Shown one piece after another: positions 1 to 8,626 of a stretch of 27,589 bases of DNA. Positions within the stretch are counted from its first letter, which is position 1; every line of letters starts with the position of its first letter. The notes beneath the pieces were generated by a model. The model ran no database searches. It saw only the letters and a program-made list of their open reading frames with translations, and had not been told where the DNA came from. Origin of the DNA: a virus (Duplodnaviria > Caudoviricetes). Position numbers and translations under genes: made by a program. Where the stretch lies: positions 1 through 27,589 of the IMG/VR virus record IMGVR_UViG_3300048579_000451; one strand, written 5' to 3'.

Positions 1-1509
1 ATGAGCGATGCCGGGCGCGGCCGGTTCGATGTGATCTGCGCCGAGGCGATGGACCGGCTGTCGCGCGACCAGGAGGATATCGCGGGCTTCTTCAAGCGGA
101 TGGCCTTCGCCGGGGTGAAGATCGTGACGCTGTCCGAGGGCGAGGTCACGCATCTGCACATCGGCCTCAAGGGCACGATGAATGCGCTGTTTCTCAAGGA
201 CCTCGCCGACAAGACCCGGCGCGGGCAGCGCGGACGGGTGGAGATGGGCAGGTCGGGCGGCGGGAAATGCTATGGCTATGACGTGGTCCGCCGGATCGAT
301 GCCGCGGGCGAGCCGGAACGCGGCGAGCGCTCCATCGACCCGGTGGAGGCCGAGGTGATCCGGCGCATCTTCCGCGACTATGCCGCCGGCAAGTCGCCCA
401 AGCGGATCGCGACCGAACTCAATGCCGAAGGGATTTCCGCGCCGACCGGCGGGGAGTGGGGCTTCAGCACGATCAACGGGAATGCCAAGCGCGGCACCGG
501 CATCCTCAACAATGAACTCTACATCGGACGGCTGGTCTGGAACCGCCAGCGTTTCGTGAAGGACCCGGATACGGGCAAGCGACAGGCGCGCCCCAACCCA
601 TCAGAAGACTGGGTGATCCAGGAGGTGCCGGAGTTGCGCATCGTCGATGAGGACCTCTGGCAGGCGGTGAAGGCGCGCCAGGCGGGGCTCAAGCGGCCGC
701 ATGGGGCGGGCACGGAGAACAGCTTCCGCGACCGTCGTCGGCCGAAGTACCTGCTGTCGGGGCTGACGCGCTGCGGCGTCTGCGGCGGCGGCTATTCGAT
801 GATCTCGGCCACCCATGTCGGCTGCTCGACGGCGCGCAACAAGGGCACCTGTTCGAACCGCCAGAGCATCCGTCGCGAGGAACTGGAGGAGCGCGTGCTG
901 GGCGCTATGCGCCGCCACCTGATGGATCCGGCGATGTTCCGGGAGTTCTGCGAGGAGTTCACCCGCGAGGTGAACCGGCAGCGGATCGAGGGGCGCGCGA
1001 CATTGGATGCGGCACAGGCCGAGATTAGGCGGATCGACCGGGAACTGGAGCGCCTTCTACAGGTCCTGCTCAATGGCGGGGCCGCCGACACGATCAACGC
1101 GGCCATGCTCAAGCTGGAAGCCCGGCAGAAGGACCTCCGGGCCGCCTTGTCGGGCGCCGACGACGCTCCGCCGTTGCTGCACCCCGAGATGGCGCAACAC
1201 TACCGGCGCCAGGTGGGTGAACTGTGCGACGCGCTGCGCGAGGAGACCGAGGCGCAACGGATGGAAGCGACCGAGATCCTGCGGGGGCTCATCAAGGACG
1301 TGGCGCTGACGCCGACGGATGGCGAGCTGGCGATCGACCTGCGCGGAGACCTTGCCGGGATCCTTGCCGTGGCTGCGGGTGCCATGTCGGGTAATGGCGT
1401 GCAGAAACGCAGAAAGCTGCCCCTGGGGGCGGCCTTGTCTGCGGACTTGGTTCAGCAAGTTGAGATGGTTGCGGGGGCAGGATTTGAACCTGCGGCCTTC
1501 AGGTTATGA
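1..1509 (+). CDS. Large serine recombinase (resolvase + recombinase + zinc-ribbon domains), 5'-truncated at the window edge
   Basis: DRLSRD resolvase motif, YGY start of the recombinase domain, LxNELYIG, LLSGLTRCGVCGG zinc ribbon and a coiled coil. The N-terminal YxRxS catalytic motif is absent, so the gene starts upstream of base 1. The last codons lie in the tRNA-derived att repeat. Confidence 0.92.
   Translation: MSDAGRGRFDVICAEAMDRLSRDQEDIAGFFKRMAFAGVKIVTLSEGEVTHLHIGLKGTMNALFLKDLADKTRRGQRGRVEMGRSGGGKCYGYDVVRRIDAAGEPERGERSIDPVEAEVIRRIFRDYAAGKSPKRIATELNAEGISAPTGGEWGFSTINGNAKRGTGILNNELYIGRLVWNRQRFVKDPDTGKRQARPNPSEDWVIQEVPELRIVDEDLWQAVKARQAGLKRPHGAGTENSFRDRRRPKYLLSGLTRCGVCGGGYSMISATHVGCSTARNKGTCSNRQSIRREELEERVLGAMRRHLMDPAMFREFCEEFTREVNRQRIEGRATLDAAQAEIRRIDRELERLLQVLLNGGAADTINAAMLKLEARQKDLRAALSGADDAPPLLHPEMAQHYRRQVGELCDALREETEAQRMEATEILRGLIKDVALTPTDGELAIDLRGDLAGILAVAAGAMSGNGVQKRRKLPLGAALSADLVQQVEMVAGAGFEPAAFRL
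1412..1434 (-). terminator. Putative intrinsic terminator downstream of the tRNA-Met 3' end (inside the recombinase CDS, opposite strand)
   Basis: GCTGCCCC-TG-GGGGCGGC imperfect inverted repeat; the minus strand continues TTTCTGCGTTT. A similar hairpin lies at 19119-19140. Confidence 0.4.
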
Positions 1510-1510
1510 G
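1466..1510 (-). repeat. att core copy 1: 3' half of tRNA-Met(CAT, initiator-type), not a complete tRNA
   Basis: Reverse complement reads CTCATAACCTGAAGGCCGCAGGTTCAAATCCTGCCCCCGCAACCA (CAT anticodon loop, GGTTCAAATCC T-arm, CCA end). The 5' half is missing. Identical to 19179-19223. Confidence 0.95.
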
Positions 1511-1703
1511 GGCTACCCCTGCATCCGGCATAACCTCGCGATTTCAGATTGTTAGCGGGTTCTCGGGGTCGCAACGTCGGCGTCGTGTCGCACGGAACGG
1601 CCGCGAACCCATGGTAATGGCCCCGAAAGACACGAAGCGGCACCTGACATCAGTCCAGACACGTCACGACCCGAATTTGACCGGCGTGCAGTCAGATGCT
1701 CAA

Positions 1704-3419
1704 TCACGATGGAGCAACCATTTCCGCGAAAGTCTTGTGCTTCTCCGCAGCACTCGTGGCAGTTAACAATGCGTCAACGGTCGTTTTCACAGTCGCCAGG
1801 AAATTCTCTTCTGAGCTTAGCTTCCTGAAGAAGGTATCAGGCTCAACAACAGCGGTCATCAGTGGCATGATTGAGTCAATTATCGGAAGCCACCTTGCGC
1901 TCAAGTCAGCCACGGTCGTATTCTTAGCCTGCTGCGGCTTGAAGCCAACCGTCTGCCGGTCACACGGCACACCCACAATTGTCTCAAGGCTATTTGCAAC
2001 GACTGCCATCAGGAAGGGCTTGAAGTTAAGATTTCGAAGTAGAGCGATCTGCTTCTCCTCTACAGCTATCAAGGTTCCGGCATTGCTTTTTGCTTTAAGA
2101 TCAAGCCGTTTGTTATCAATGGCGCGGGACAAAGCATGCACAAAAAGAATGTGCCGTGCCTTCTTTCCATCAAACGCATTTTGATAAAGCTGCTTCTGCA
2201 CAAAAAGCTGGTTCTTCCCGCGAACTGCATCTTGGGGGCGACCGTGATAGGCAAGCAAAGGCTGGAGCACTTGCTCGATGCCGATCTGGTCTCCATCCCC
2301 AGAAAACCCTCGCTTACGGCTATAATTGAATCCCAATTCGGCGAATTCTTCTCCGATCCGCTTTTGCTCTTGATCGTTGCTGAACTGATCCCAAGTGGTG
2401 ATTACGTTTTGAGTGTTGTTGAAACGCACAATCTTGTCGATTGTCGGCTGATCCGAACACTCAATGATCCGACACAGCACTTTTACGTCTCCCAACTTGG
2501 CCTTCGCAGGATCCATTGAGCCTATAGAGCCAGTGGTTTGGGCACCGTTGATAATGGAAACTCCGTGCAACTCCGCAGCTCCCTTTGCTGGTTGCTCAAG
2601 CTTCAAAGTCAGAACAGTTACTCCATTATTGAAGGCCCAGAAGTCCCCTGGTGTTTTCTCTATGGATTCCCGGATGCCAGAGTTGACACGTCTTCTGCCA
2701 TCGGCCCCGAGAAACCCACGATAGTTTGCACTATAGAGCTTGTCGCCAAATTTGGCATAAAGATCATGAACCCAATTTCCGGGAACTGTGGTTACGGCTG
2801 CACTCCAAGTGTCTCCCTTTTCATGAATTCCAAGCTTCCCTGGGAGTTGGATCTTATCCATTACCTCAATATGTGAGTCCTGAGCGGCCAATAGATGTTG
2901 AACCCTGGATTTCCCAAACTCATGCGACTTTACCAAGATTCGATCATTGCCGATGTTCTTGCGGAGATACTCTTCTGCTGTATGCAATTCTCGGCTTACG
3001 TTCACCGACTCTGGGAGGTTGTGCACATACAGAAGGTCTATGAAGTCAACTTCACCTTGCTCAATAGAACGCCGACAAGACAAGATAAGTTCTCGCAGTT
3101 TTTGCGGGACCAAATCTGTGTCGCCAGCCAGAAGCCATGCACAAGCCGTGTTTAGGTCTGATGCTTTGTTTGCGGGTGCAGAGTCAGAGTTTTTTGTGCT
3201 CATATAGCCTTGAGCGAACACGATTCGACGGGCATCCACGTCGTGGAAAATGAAGTCGATCTTCTTATCGTTTCCGCCTTCTGTGAGCCCAGCAGCAGCC
3301 AGACCGCTTAGGTCTGGCTCCTCCAAGAACAGGGCGACTGCAATAATCAGATAGGCGTCGTTGCGGCCGATTTCATCAACCAACTGCTTGTTCGCAAGCA
3401 GTGCGTCTTCCATATTCAT
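1704..3419 (-). CDS. AIPR family (abortive infection phage resistance) protein
   Basis: NYRGFLG, FWAFNNGVTV, IINGAQTT and NNTQN motifs typical of AIPR, plus an N-terminal nuclease-like DKKID...QG segment. Visibly lower GC than the backbone. Start placed at ATG 3419 (MNMEDALL) behind a G-rich RBS; the ORF track extends it to 3500. Confidence 0.85.
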   Translation of the reverse strand: MNMEDALLANKQLVDEIGRNDAYLIIAVALFLEEPDLSGLAAAGLTEGGNDKKIDFIFHDVDARRIVFAQGYMSTKNSDSAPANKASDLNTACAWLLAGDTDLVPQKLRELILSCRRSIEQGEVDFIDLLYVHNLPESVNVSRELHTAEEYLRKNIGNDRILVKSHEFGKSRVQHLLAAQDSHIEVMDKIQLPGKLGIHEKGDTWSAAVTTVPGNWVHDLYAKFGDKLYSANYRGFLGADGRRRVNSGIRESIEKTPGDFWAFNNGVTVLTLKLEQPAKGAAELHGVSIINGAQTTGSIGSMDPAKAKLGDVKVLCRIIECSDQPTIDKIVRFNNTQNVITTWDQFSNDQEQKRIGEEFAELGFNYSRKRGFSGDGDQIGIEQVLQPLLAYHGRPQDAVRGKNQLFVQKQLYQNAFDGKKARHILFVHALSRAIDNKRLDLKAKSNAGTLIAVEEKQIALLRNLNFKPFLMAVVANSLETIVGVPCDRQTVGFKPQQAKNTTVADLSARWLPIIDSIMPLMTAVVEPDTFFRKLSSEENFLATVKTTVDALLTATSAAEKHKTFAEMVAPS

Positions 3420-3471
3420 TCCAGCCGCCCCCAACCTTTTCATCTTTTTGGATTTGTAGCGAACCAGTGAC

Positions 3472-3500
3472 ATTGGAACAAGGGAGTAAGTGGTGGTCAA
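3472..3500 (-). promoter_or_regulatory. Possible sigma70-type promoter for the AIPR gene
   Basis: Minus strand reads TTGACC-17 nt-TCCAAT, about 50 nt upstream of ATG 3419. Confidence 0.3.
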
Positions 3501-3513
3501 TTCCGCATGGCAA

Positions 3514-4617
3514 TCACCCCAGCAGCTTCGTCTCGACCATGGCCATCGCCTTCTGGTGATCGGGTGAGGGGAACAGGTGGCCGTAGCGTTCCATGGTCAT
3601 CTGGATCGAGGAATGGCCCGCGAAGGTCATCACTTCCTTGATCGAGAAGCCCTGCTCGATCCACAGCGACACGGCAAAGTGGCGAAGGTCGTGCCAGCGC
3701 ATCGTGACCTCGACCTTTTCCAGCAGCTTGCGGAACCGGGCTTGGGTCTTGGTGTGCTGGAGGATGCCGCCCTGCGGCGCGGGGAATACCAGATCGAGGG
3801 CGTTCTTCGGGCAGCGCAGTTTCCAACGGCGCAGGGCGTTCAGCACCATGGGCCCGGCCGGGATGTCGCGGAACCCGGCGCGGGATTTCGGCTCGCCCAT
3901 CTGGTTGTAGGCATCGGCGCGCTGGCGGATGTGGAGGAAGCCCTTGTCGAAATCCACGTCCTGCCAGCGCAGGCCCCGCAGTTCGGAGGCGCGCAACCCG
4001 CCCAAGGCGGAGACGATCAGGTGCGGTTTGAAATCTTCGTCGGCGGCCTCGATCAGGGCTCGGATCGCCTCCTTGGTCGGCACCGGGGCCTTGTGCTCGA
4101 TCCGGCTGGACTTGATCACCCGCACGCCCTGCGCGGCATTGGTGAATAACTGGCCGTTGTCGATGGCGTGGTCCAGCGCCAGCTTCAGCACCGACAACGC
4201 GCGGCGGGTCAGGTGTTCGGACCGGCCGTTCAGCAGCATCCGGTCGCGGAACTCGTTGACATGGCGGCGGGTCAGTTGGGCGATCAGCTTGTCCCCGATT
4301 CCGATCTCGGGCGCGGTGATGTGCAGGCGCACATAATCGCTGTAACCGCGCAGGGTAGACCGTTCCATCCGCCGCCCCGCCTTGCAGCGCACCTCGCAAT
4401 GGTCGAGCCACGCCTTCGCTGCATCGGCCACCGTCGTGCTGTCGCTGTCCGCCAGATAGGTGTGGTTGGCGACCAGCGAGCGGACCTTCACCAGATAGAC
4501 GTCAGCGTCCTTACGGCGCGGGAAGAGCTTTGACCGGCGCTTCCCTGCCTGGTCGGTGAAGTCGACCTGCCATCGGACCAGTCCCGAGGGCAGCGTGCGT
4601 TTGCGGATCGTGGCCAT
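3514..4617 (-). CDS. int: Tyrosine recombinase / phage integrase of the satellite
   Basis: Catalytic motifs GLRASEL (R), PKS (K), HDLRH (HxxR) and GHSSIQMTMERY (H, Y); N-terminal beta-sheet arm-binding-like segment; GGAGGG RBS. Confidence 0.93.
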   Translation of the reverse strand: MATIRKRTLPSGLVRWQVDFTDQAGKRRSKLFPRRKDADVYLVKVRSLVANHTYLADSDSTTVADAAKAWLDHCEVRCKAGRRMERSTLRGYSDYVRLHITAPEIGIGDKLIAQLTRRHVNEFRDRMLLNGRSEHLTRRALSVLKLALDHAIDNGQLFTNAAQGVRVIKSSRIEHKAPVPTKEAIRALIEAADEDFKPHLIVSALGGLRASELRGLRWQDVDFDKGFLHIRQRADAYNQMGEPKSRAGFRDIPAGPMVLNALRRWKLRCPKNALDLVFPAPQGGILQHTKTQARFRKLLEKVEVTMRWHDLRHFAVSLWIEQGFSIKEVMTFAGHSSIQMTMERYGHLFPSPDHQKAMAMVETKLLG

Positions 4618-4745
4618 GGGTTCCCTCCGTGAGCGTAAGAAACGGGACCAGTTGTCAAAGCCCGTTAATTGGTGATATGAACCGTATCATATGCACTTGC
4701 AACGGATTGTTGCGCGTGTAAAGCCCTAGTTCATGATCGGAGCCC

Positions 4746-5468
4746 ATGCCAATGACAGCCAGCGAACGGAACGGTGCGGAAGCGCCCGAACCGCTCTTTC
4801 ATGGCGACGCGGAAGCGGTGGCGGCATCGGGGATGCCCCTGCCCAGCCTGCGCGTCCTGCAAGCTGCCGGTGCCATTCAGGCACAGAAAACCCCCAAGGA
4901 GCATGGCGGCTTCAAGCGGATGTGGCGCGAGGAGGATGTGCTGATCGCCTCGATCGGTGCCGCGATCAGCGAGCACTTCGCCTGGAACATCCGGATCGTG
5001 GCCGAGGCCATGGCCAAGACACGCCCCGGCACATGGTCCGCGCTGACGGCCTCGATTTCGGAGACCATCTCACCCGAAGAGGGACCGCTGGTACGATCAA
5101 GCCCGGACGACTGGTATCTCGACCTGATCGACCGAAAGTTCCTGTTCCTGCGACTGCCAACACTTTTCGCCAGCATCTTTCCCGACGCGCCGCCCGGCAA
5201 GAGCGACCTGATCATCGGCTACGCGACATCGAAGGACACCTTCCAGATGCTGCCGTGGCTGGCTGGAAGTCCACAGGGCCTCGCCAAGCTCTCGAAAGCC
5301 TCTTCCCCAACGCAGGCCACCGCCGCCGAACGCATCTACAAGCTGGCCATCGCGACCCGCGCCAACGCGCTGAGCACCGCCAGCATCAACATCAGCATGC
5401 AGGTTCGCGCCGCTTGGCGCCGCCTCCACGGACTTGACGCCCACTTCCTGCAGGACGCCCTGCGCTAG
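4746..5468 (+). CDS. Putative transcriptional regulator with a MerR-like N-terminal winged HTH
   Basis: AVAASGMPLPSLRVLQAAGAI...G.KRMWREEDV resembles the MerR HTH and wing. Divergent from int and first gene of the replication operon. GGAG RBS. Confidence 0.55.
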   Translation: MPMTASERNGAEAPEPLFHGDAEAVAASGMPLPSLRVLQAAGAIQAQKTPKEHGGFKRMWREEDVLIASIGAAISEHFAWNIRIVAEAMAKTRPGTWSALTASISETISPEEGPLVRSSPDDWYLDLIDRKFLFLRLPTLFASIFPDAPPGKSDLIIGYATSKDTFQMLPWLAGSPQGLAKLSKASSPTQATAAERIYKLAIATRANALSTASINISMQVRAAWRRLHGLDAHFLQDALR

Positions 5469-5483
5469 AAAGGAGACCCAGCC

Positions 5484-5744
5484 ATGACCAAGCACCCCGG
5501 CCCCGTCGAGAACCTTCAGCAGACCGCAACCGAGGTGACGCTCGGCGATGACCTCCTTCGCGGCGCGGACGAGATCGCCAGGTTCATGTTCGGCGACGTC
5601 AAGCACCGCCGCAAGGTCTACTACCTGACCGGCGAGGCCCCGAGGGGCATGCCGCACTTCAAGATCGGTTCGGTGATCTGCGCCCGCAAAAGCACGCTGC
5701 TGAACTGGATCGCGCAGCAGGAGCGTTTCACCCCGGGCGAGTGA
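5484..5744 (+). CDS. Small DNA-binding protein, excisionase/AlpA-like
   Basis: 86 aa with LLRGADEIARF...KVYYL...PHFKIGSVICARKSTLLNWI, a winged-HTH pattern. AAAGGAG RBS. Lies between the regulator and the primase. Confidence 0.75.
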   Translation: MTKHPGPVENLQQTATEVTLGDDLLRGADEIARFMFGDVKHRRKVYYLTGEAPRGMPHFKIGSVICARKSTLLNWIAQQERFTPGE

Positions 5745-5824
5745 CGGCAGCCGCAAATGTCCTGAGGTCCGCGATCCGGTCGCGGGCTCCATCTTCCATC
5801 AGATGCATAGCGAACCCCCGCCCC

Positions 5825-8287
5825 ATGACCCTTCAGGACAATCCGCTCGACTTCAACGAGGTGCCGCCCACGCGCAAAGGTCGTACGTCCCGGCGCATGT
5901 CTGTGGCCCGGGTGGCGGAACTGCTGAACGACCGGATCGCTGATCTTGCCGTGGAACTGCTCGGCACCCCGAACCGCGCCCTGTCCAGCGCGCAGCAGTT
6001 GCGCTTCGGGACCAAGGGCAGCATCGCGGTGGAAATCGCAGGCAAGGACGCCGGGCGCTGGTACGACCACGAGGCCGGAATGGGCGGCGCTGGGCCGGAA
6101 CTGATCCGTCATCACTTCGGGATGGACGAGAAGGCTGCATGGGACTGGGCGCGCAACTGGCTGGGCGATGCGGAAATGCCTGCCTCCTGGACCGCAGCCA
6201 AACCGGCCACCACCAAACCCGCCAAGGCCCCGGCATCTGGCCCGGCCCGCACCGTGGAATTGTCGGAGGCCGAACTCGCTGCCAAGGTGGCAGAGATCGT
6301 GCGCCAGACCGAGGTTCCGAATGGTACTCCGGTCCACAGCTATCTGGTGGGGCGCGGGATCGCCATTCAGCCCCCCGACTGCATCCGCTTTCGCCGGAAC
6401 GCCTATGGCAGCCATGGCGCGATGGTCGCGCTGGCGACCGATGTGGCCGGCGAAGTGCTGGCCATCCAGCAGGTCTATCTGACGGCCGAGGGCAAGAAGG
6501 CCCCGGTCAGTCCGGTCAAGCGCACCAACAAGGCGGTCGAAGGCTGGGGCGAACGTTCCGCCGTGCGCCTGCCCGGACGCGAACCTCTGGTGCTCTGCGA
6601 GGGTGTTGAAACCGCGCTGTCAGTCTGGCAGGCCACCGGTCAGGAGGTCTGGGCCTGCCTCGGCGTCTCGAACATCGGCCGCGCGCCCGTCCCCGAAAAG
6701 GCTACGGTCATCATCGCCCGTGATGGCGACGCGCCGGGCAGCAAGGCCGAGGGCATGATCACCCGCGCAGCCACCGCCCTCGCCCTGCGCGGGCTGACGG
6801 TGATGGTTGCCACGCCGCCCGAGGGCGAAGACTTCAACGACATCTTGGTGCGCGAGGGCGAGGAGGCCATTCGCAACCGGATCGCCGGGGCTGACCTGTT
6901 CCGCCCGGACCAGGCCGAGCAGGGTCGCAAGCGCCTCTATATCGGGTCAGACGTGGAGATGGCGAAGCGTGTGCGCGAGGATCTCACCGAACGCCATGGT
7001 CGCATCGTGTATGCCGAGGGCGAATTCTGGCGTTACATCGGCACCCATTGGGAGGCGATCCCGGCCCACGAATTGCGCTTGCCTGTCCACACCTATGACG
7101 GCGCAAGCTTCGAGACGCCCGCGGGCGAGCCCTCGAACGTCAAGCTGACCCAGACCCGCGTCAATTCCGTCCTGAACGAATGCGCAGCCCTCTGCGCCGA
7201 GCCCGGCTTCTTCGACACCCCGCCCGCTGGCATCAACTGCGCCTCGGGCTTTCTGCGCTTCGATGCGACCGGCACGCCGCATCTGGAACCGCATCACCGC
7301 AATCACCGCTGCCGCCACACCCTGCCCGGTCGCTGGACGCCCGGCACCTCAGGCATCCCGCCCGAAGGCTCGATGCTGCGCCGTCTGCTGACCGGCAGCT
7401 TCAAGGGCGATCCAGACGCGCAGGCCAAATGCGATCTGCTGGCCGAGGTCTGTGGTTCTGCCGCGCTGGGCTATGCGACGCGCCTGGTCCAGCCCCGCGC
7501 CGTCGTGCTGCACGGCAAGACCGCCGAGAATGGCAAGAGCCAGATCCTCGATCTCGCGCGCGGCCTCTTGCCTGCCAGCGCCATCTGCTGCGTCCCCGCT
7601 GCCAAGATGGGAGATGAGCGGCATGTCACCGGCCTGGTCGGGAAACTCTTGAACGCCTCTGACGAATTGTCGCCCGAGGCCATCGCCTCCAACATCTTCA
7701 AATCCGTCGTCACCGGCGAGCCGATCGAGGGGCGCGATGTCTACAAGAGCCGGGTCGAGTTCCGCTCGGTGGCGCAGAACCTGTTCGCCGCGAACCAGTT
7801 GCCCAGTTTCAAGGGCGGCGTGGACCGGGGCGTGCAGCGCCGCCTGCTGCTGATCCCCTTCACCCGCACCATCCCCCTCGAAGAGCGGATCGAGGATATC
7901 GGCAAGCGCATCGCCTTCGAGGAAGCCGACCTGCTCTTGGCATGGGCGGTGGAAGGCGCGTCGCGGCTGATCCGCCAGCGCAACTTCGCCATCCCGGACA
8001 GCTGCCGTGAGGCGCTGATCGAATGGGTGCTGGGCGAAGACCCGGTGCTTGCCTGGATCGACGCCTGCGTGAAAGTCGTGCCCATCGTGAACGGCGGCCC
8101 GATGCTGGCGACCCGCGATGCGCACCTCCGCTTCCAGAACTGGGCGCAGGCCGAGGGGTTCAAGCCCGAGAAGATCCCCGCGATCAACGGCTTCGTGCAG
8201 CGCGTCCAGGCCCAGGTGGCCGGGATCCAGCACAAGCGCACCAGCGCAGGCCGGTTCTTCCTCGGCATCACAGTGACGCAGGGATGA
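5825..8287 (+). CDS. Primase-helicase (Toprim + D5_N + SF3 helicase, P4/D5-like)
   Basis: Toprim motifs LCEGVETALS, ARDGD and EDFND; NCASG of D5_N; Walker A GKTAENGKS, Walker B ASDE, motif C AAN. Start taken at ATG 5825; the ORF track has GTG 5741. Confidence 0.9.
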   Translation: MTLQDNPLDFNEVPPTRKGRTSRRMSVARVAELLNDRIADLAVELLGTPNRALSSAQQLRFGTKGSIAVEIAGKDAGRWYDHEAGMGGAGPELIRHHFGMDEKAAWDWARNWLGDAEMPASWTAAKPATTKPAKAPASGPARTVELSEAELAAKVAEIVRQTEVPNGTPVHSYLVGRGIAIQPPDCIRFRRNAYGSHGAMVALATDVAGEVLAIQQVYLTAEGKKAPVSPVKRTNKAVEGWGERSAVRLPGREPLVLCEGVETALSVWQATGQEVWACLGVSNIGRAPVPEKATVIIARDGDAPGSKAEGMITRAATALALRGLTVMVATPPEGEDFNDILVREGEEAIRNRIAGADLFRPDQAEQGRKRLYIGSDVEMAKRVREDLTERHGRIVYAEGEFWRYIGTHWEAIPAHELRLPVHTYDGASFETPAGEPSNVKLTQTRVNSVLNECAALCAEPGFFDTPPAGINCASGFLRFDATGTPHLEPHHRNHRCRHTLPGRWTPGTSGIPPEGSMLRRLLTGSFKGDPDAQAKCDLLAEVCGSAALGYATRLVQPRAVVLHGKTAENGKSQILDLARGLLPASAICCVPAAKMGDERHVTGLVGKLLNASDELSPEAIASNIFKSVVTGEPIEGRDVYKSRVEFRSVAQNLFAANQLPSFKGGVDRGVQRRLLLIPFTRTIPLEERIEDIGKRIAFEEADLLLAWAVEGASRLIRQRNFAIPDSCREALIEWVLGEDPVLAWIDACVKVVPIVNGGPMLATRDAHLRFQNWAQAEGFKPEKIPAINGFVQRVQAQVAGIQHKRTSAGRFFLGITVTQG

Positions 8288-8498
8288 CGCAAGAATGACG
8301 GACTTTGGCGCGCAACCCATTGAAAGTGTTGAGATGACGCACTTGGCTCCAACCTTTTTGATAAAGGGGGAAAACAACCCAACCCTGAACACCCAAATCA
8401 CCCCCTATACAAAATGTTCCCCGGGCCGGTGCGTCATCTCAACACTATCAACGACTTACGCCCCGAAACCCGTCATTCCTGCGTCATTCTTGCGTCAT
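8273..8498. repeat. Putative replication origin: 70-bp imperfect inverted repeat with TGACGCA iterons and IHF-like sites
   Basis: Arms at 8273-8342 and 8429-8498. TGACGCA at 8274, 8285 and 8335 (variant at 8296); TGCGTCA at 8430, 8480 and 8491 (variant at 8469). TATCAACGACTTA at 8446-8458 matches the IHF consensus WATCAANNNNTTR. The spacer is A/C-rich. Lies directly after the primase. Confidence 0.75.
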
Positions 8499-8552
8499 GC
8501 GCCGCGCCGCTCGGGCCGGTCTGAGGGGCATCAATCGGGAAGGAAGGGGAAA

Positions 8553-8600
8553 GCGGCGGTTCCTCCCGGGCCAATTCGTATGCGGGGGAGCGCAGCGCAT
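8553..8600 (+). other. Candidate cos packaging site (cosQ/cosN-like) upstream of terS
   Basis: GGTTCCT at 8558-8564 resembles lambda cosQ (GGGTCCT). It is followed about 20 nt later by the G-rich GCGGGGGAGCGCAGCGC, immediately upstream of terS as in lambda. Confidence 0.45.
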
Positions 8601-8626
8601 GACCCCGCCAGCGTCAGGGGGCGGAA

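Noticed and set aside
1466-1510. Functional tRNA-Met gene (also at 19179-19225)
   Set aside because: Only the anticodon loop to CCA is present. The adjacent sequence cannot form the D-arm or the 5' acceptor strand.
8273-8498. CRISPR array or MITE
   Set aside because: The repeats are 7-8 bp units in inverted arms, not ~30-bp direct repeats with spacers. No target-site duplication is evident and the left arm overlaps the primase stop codon.
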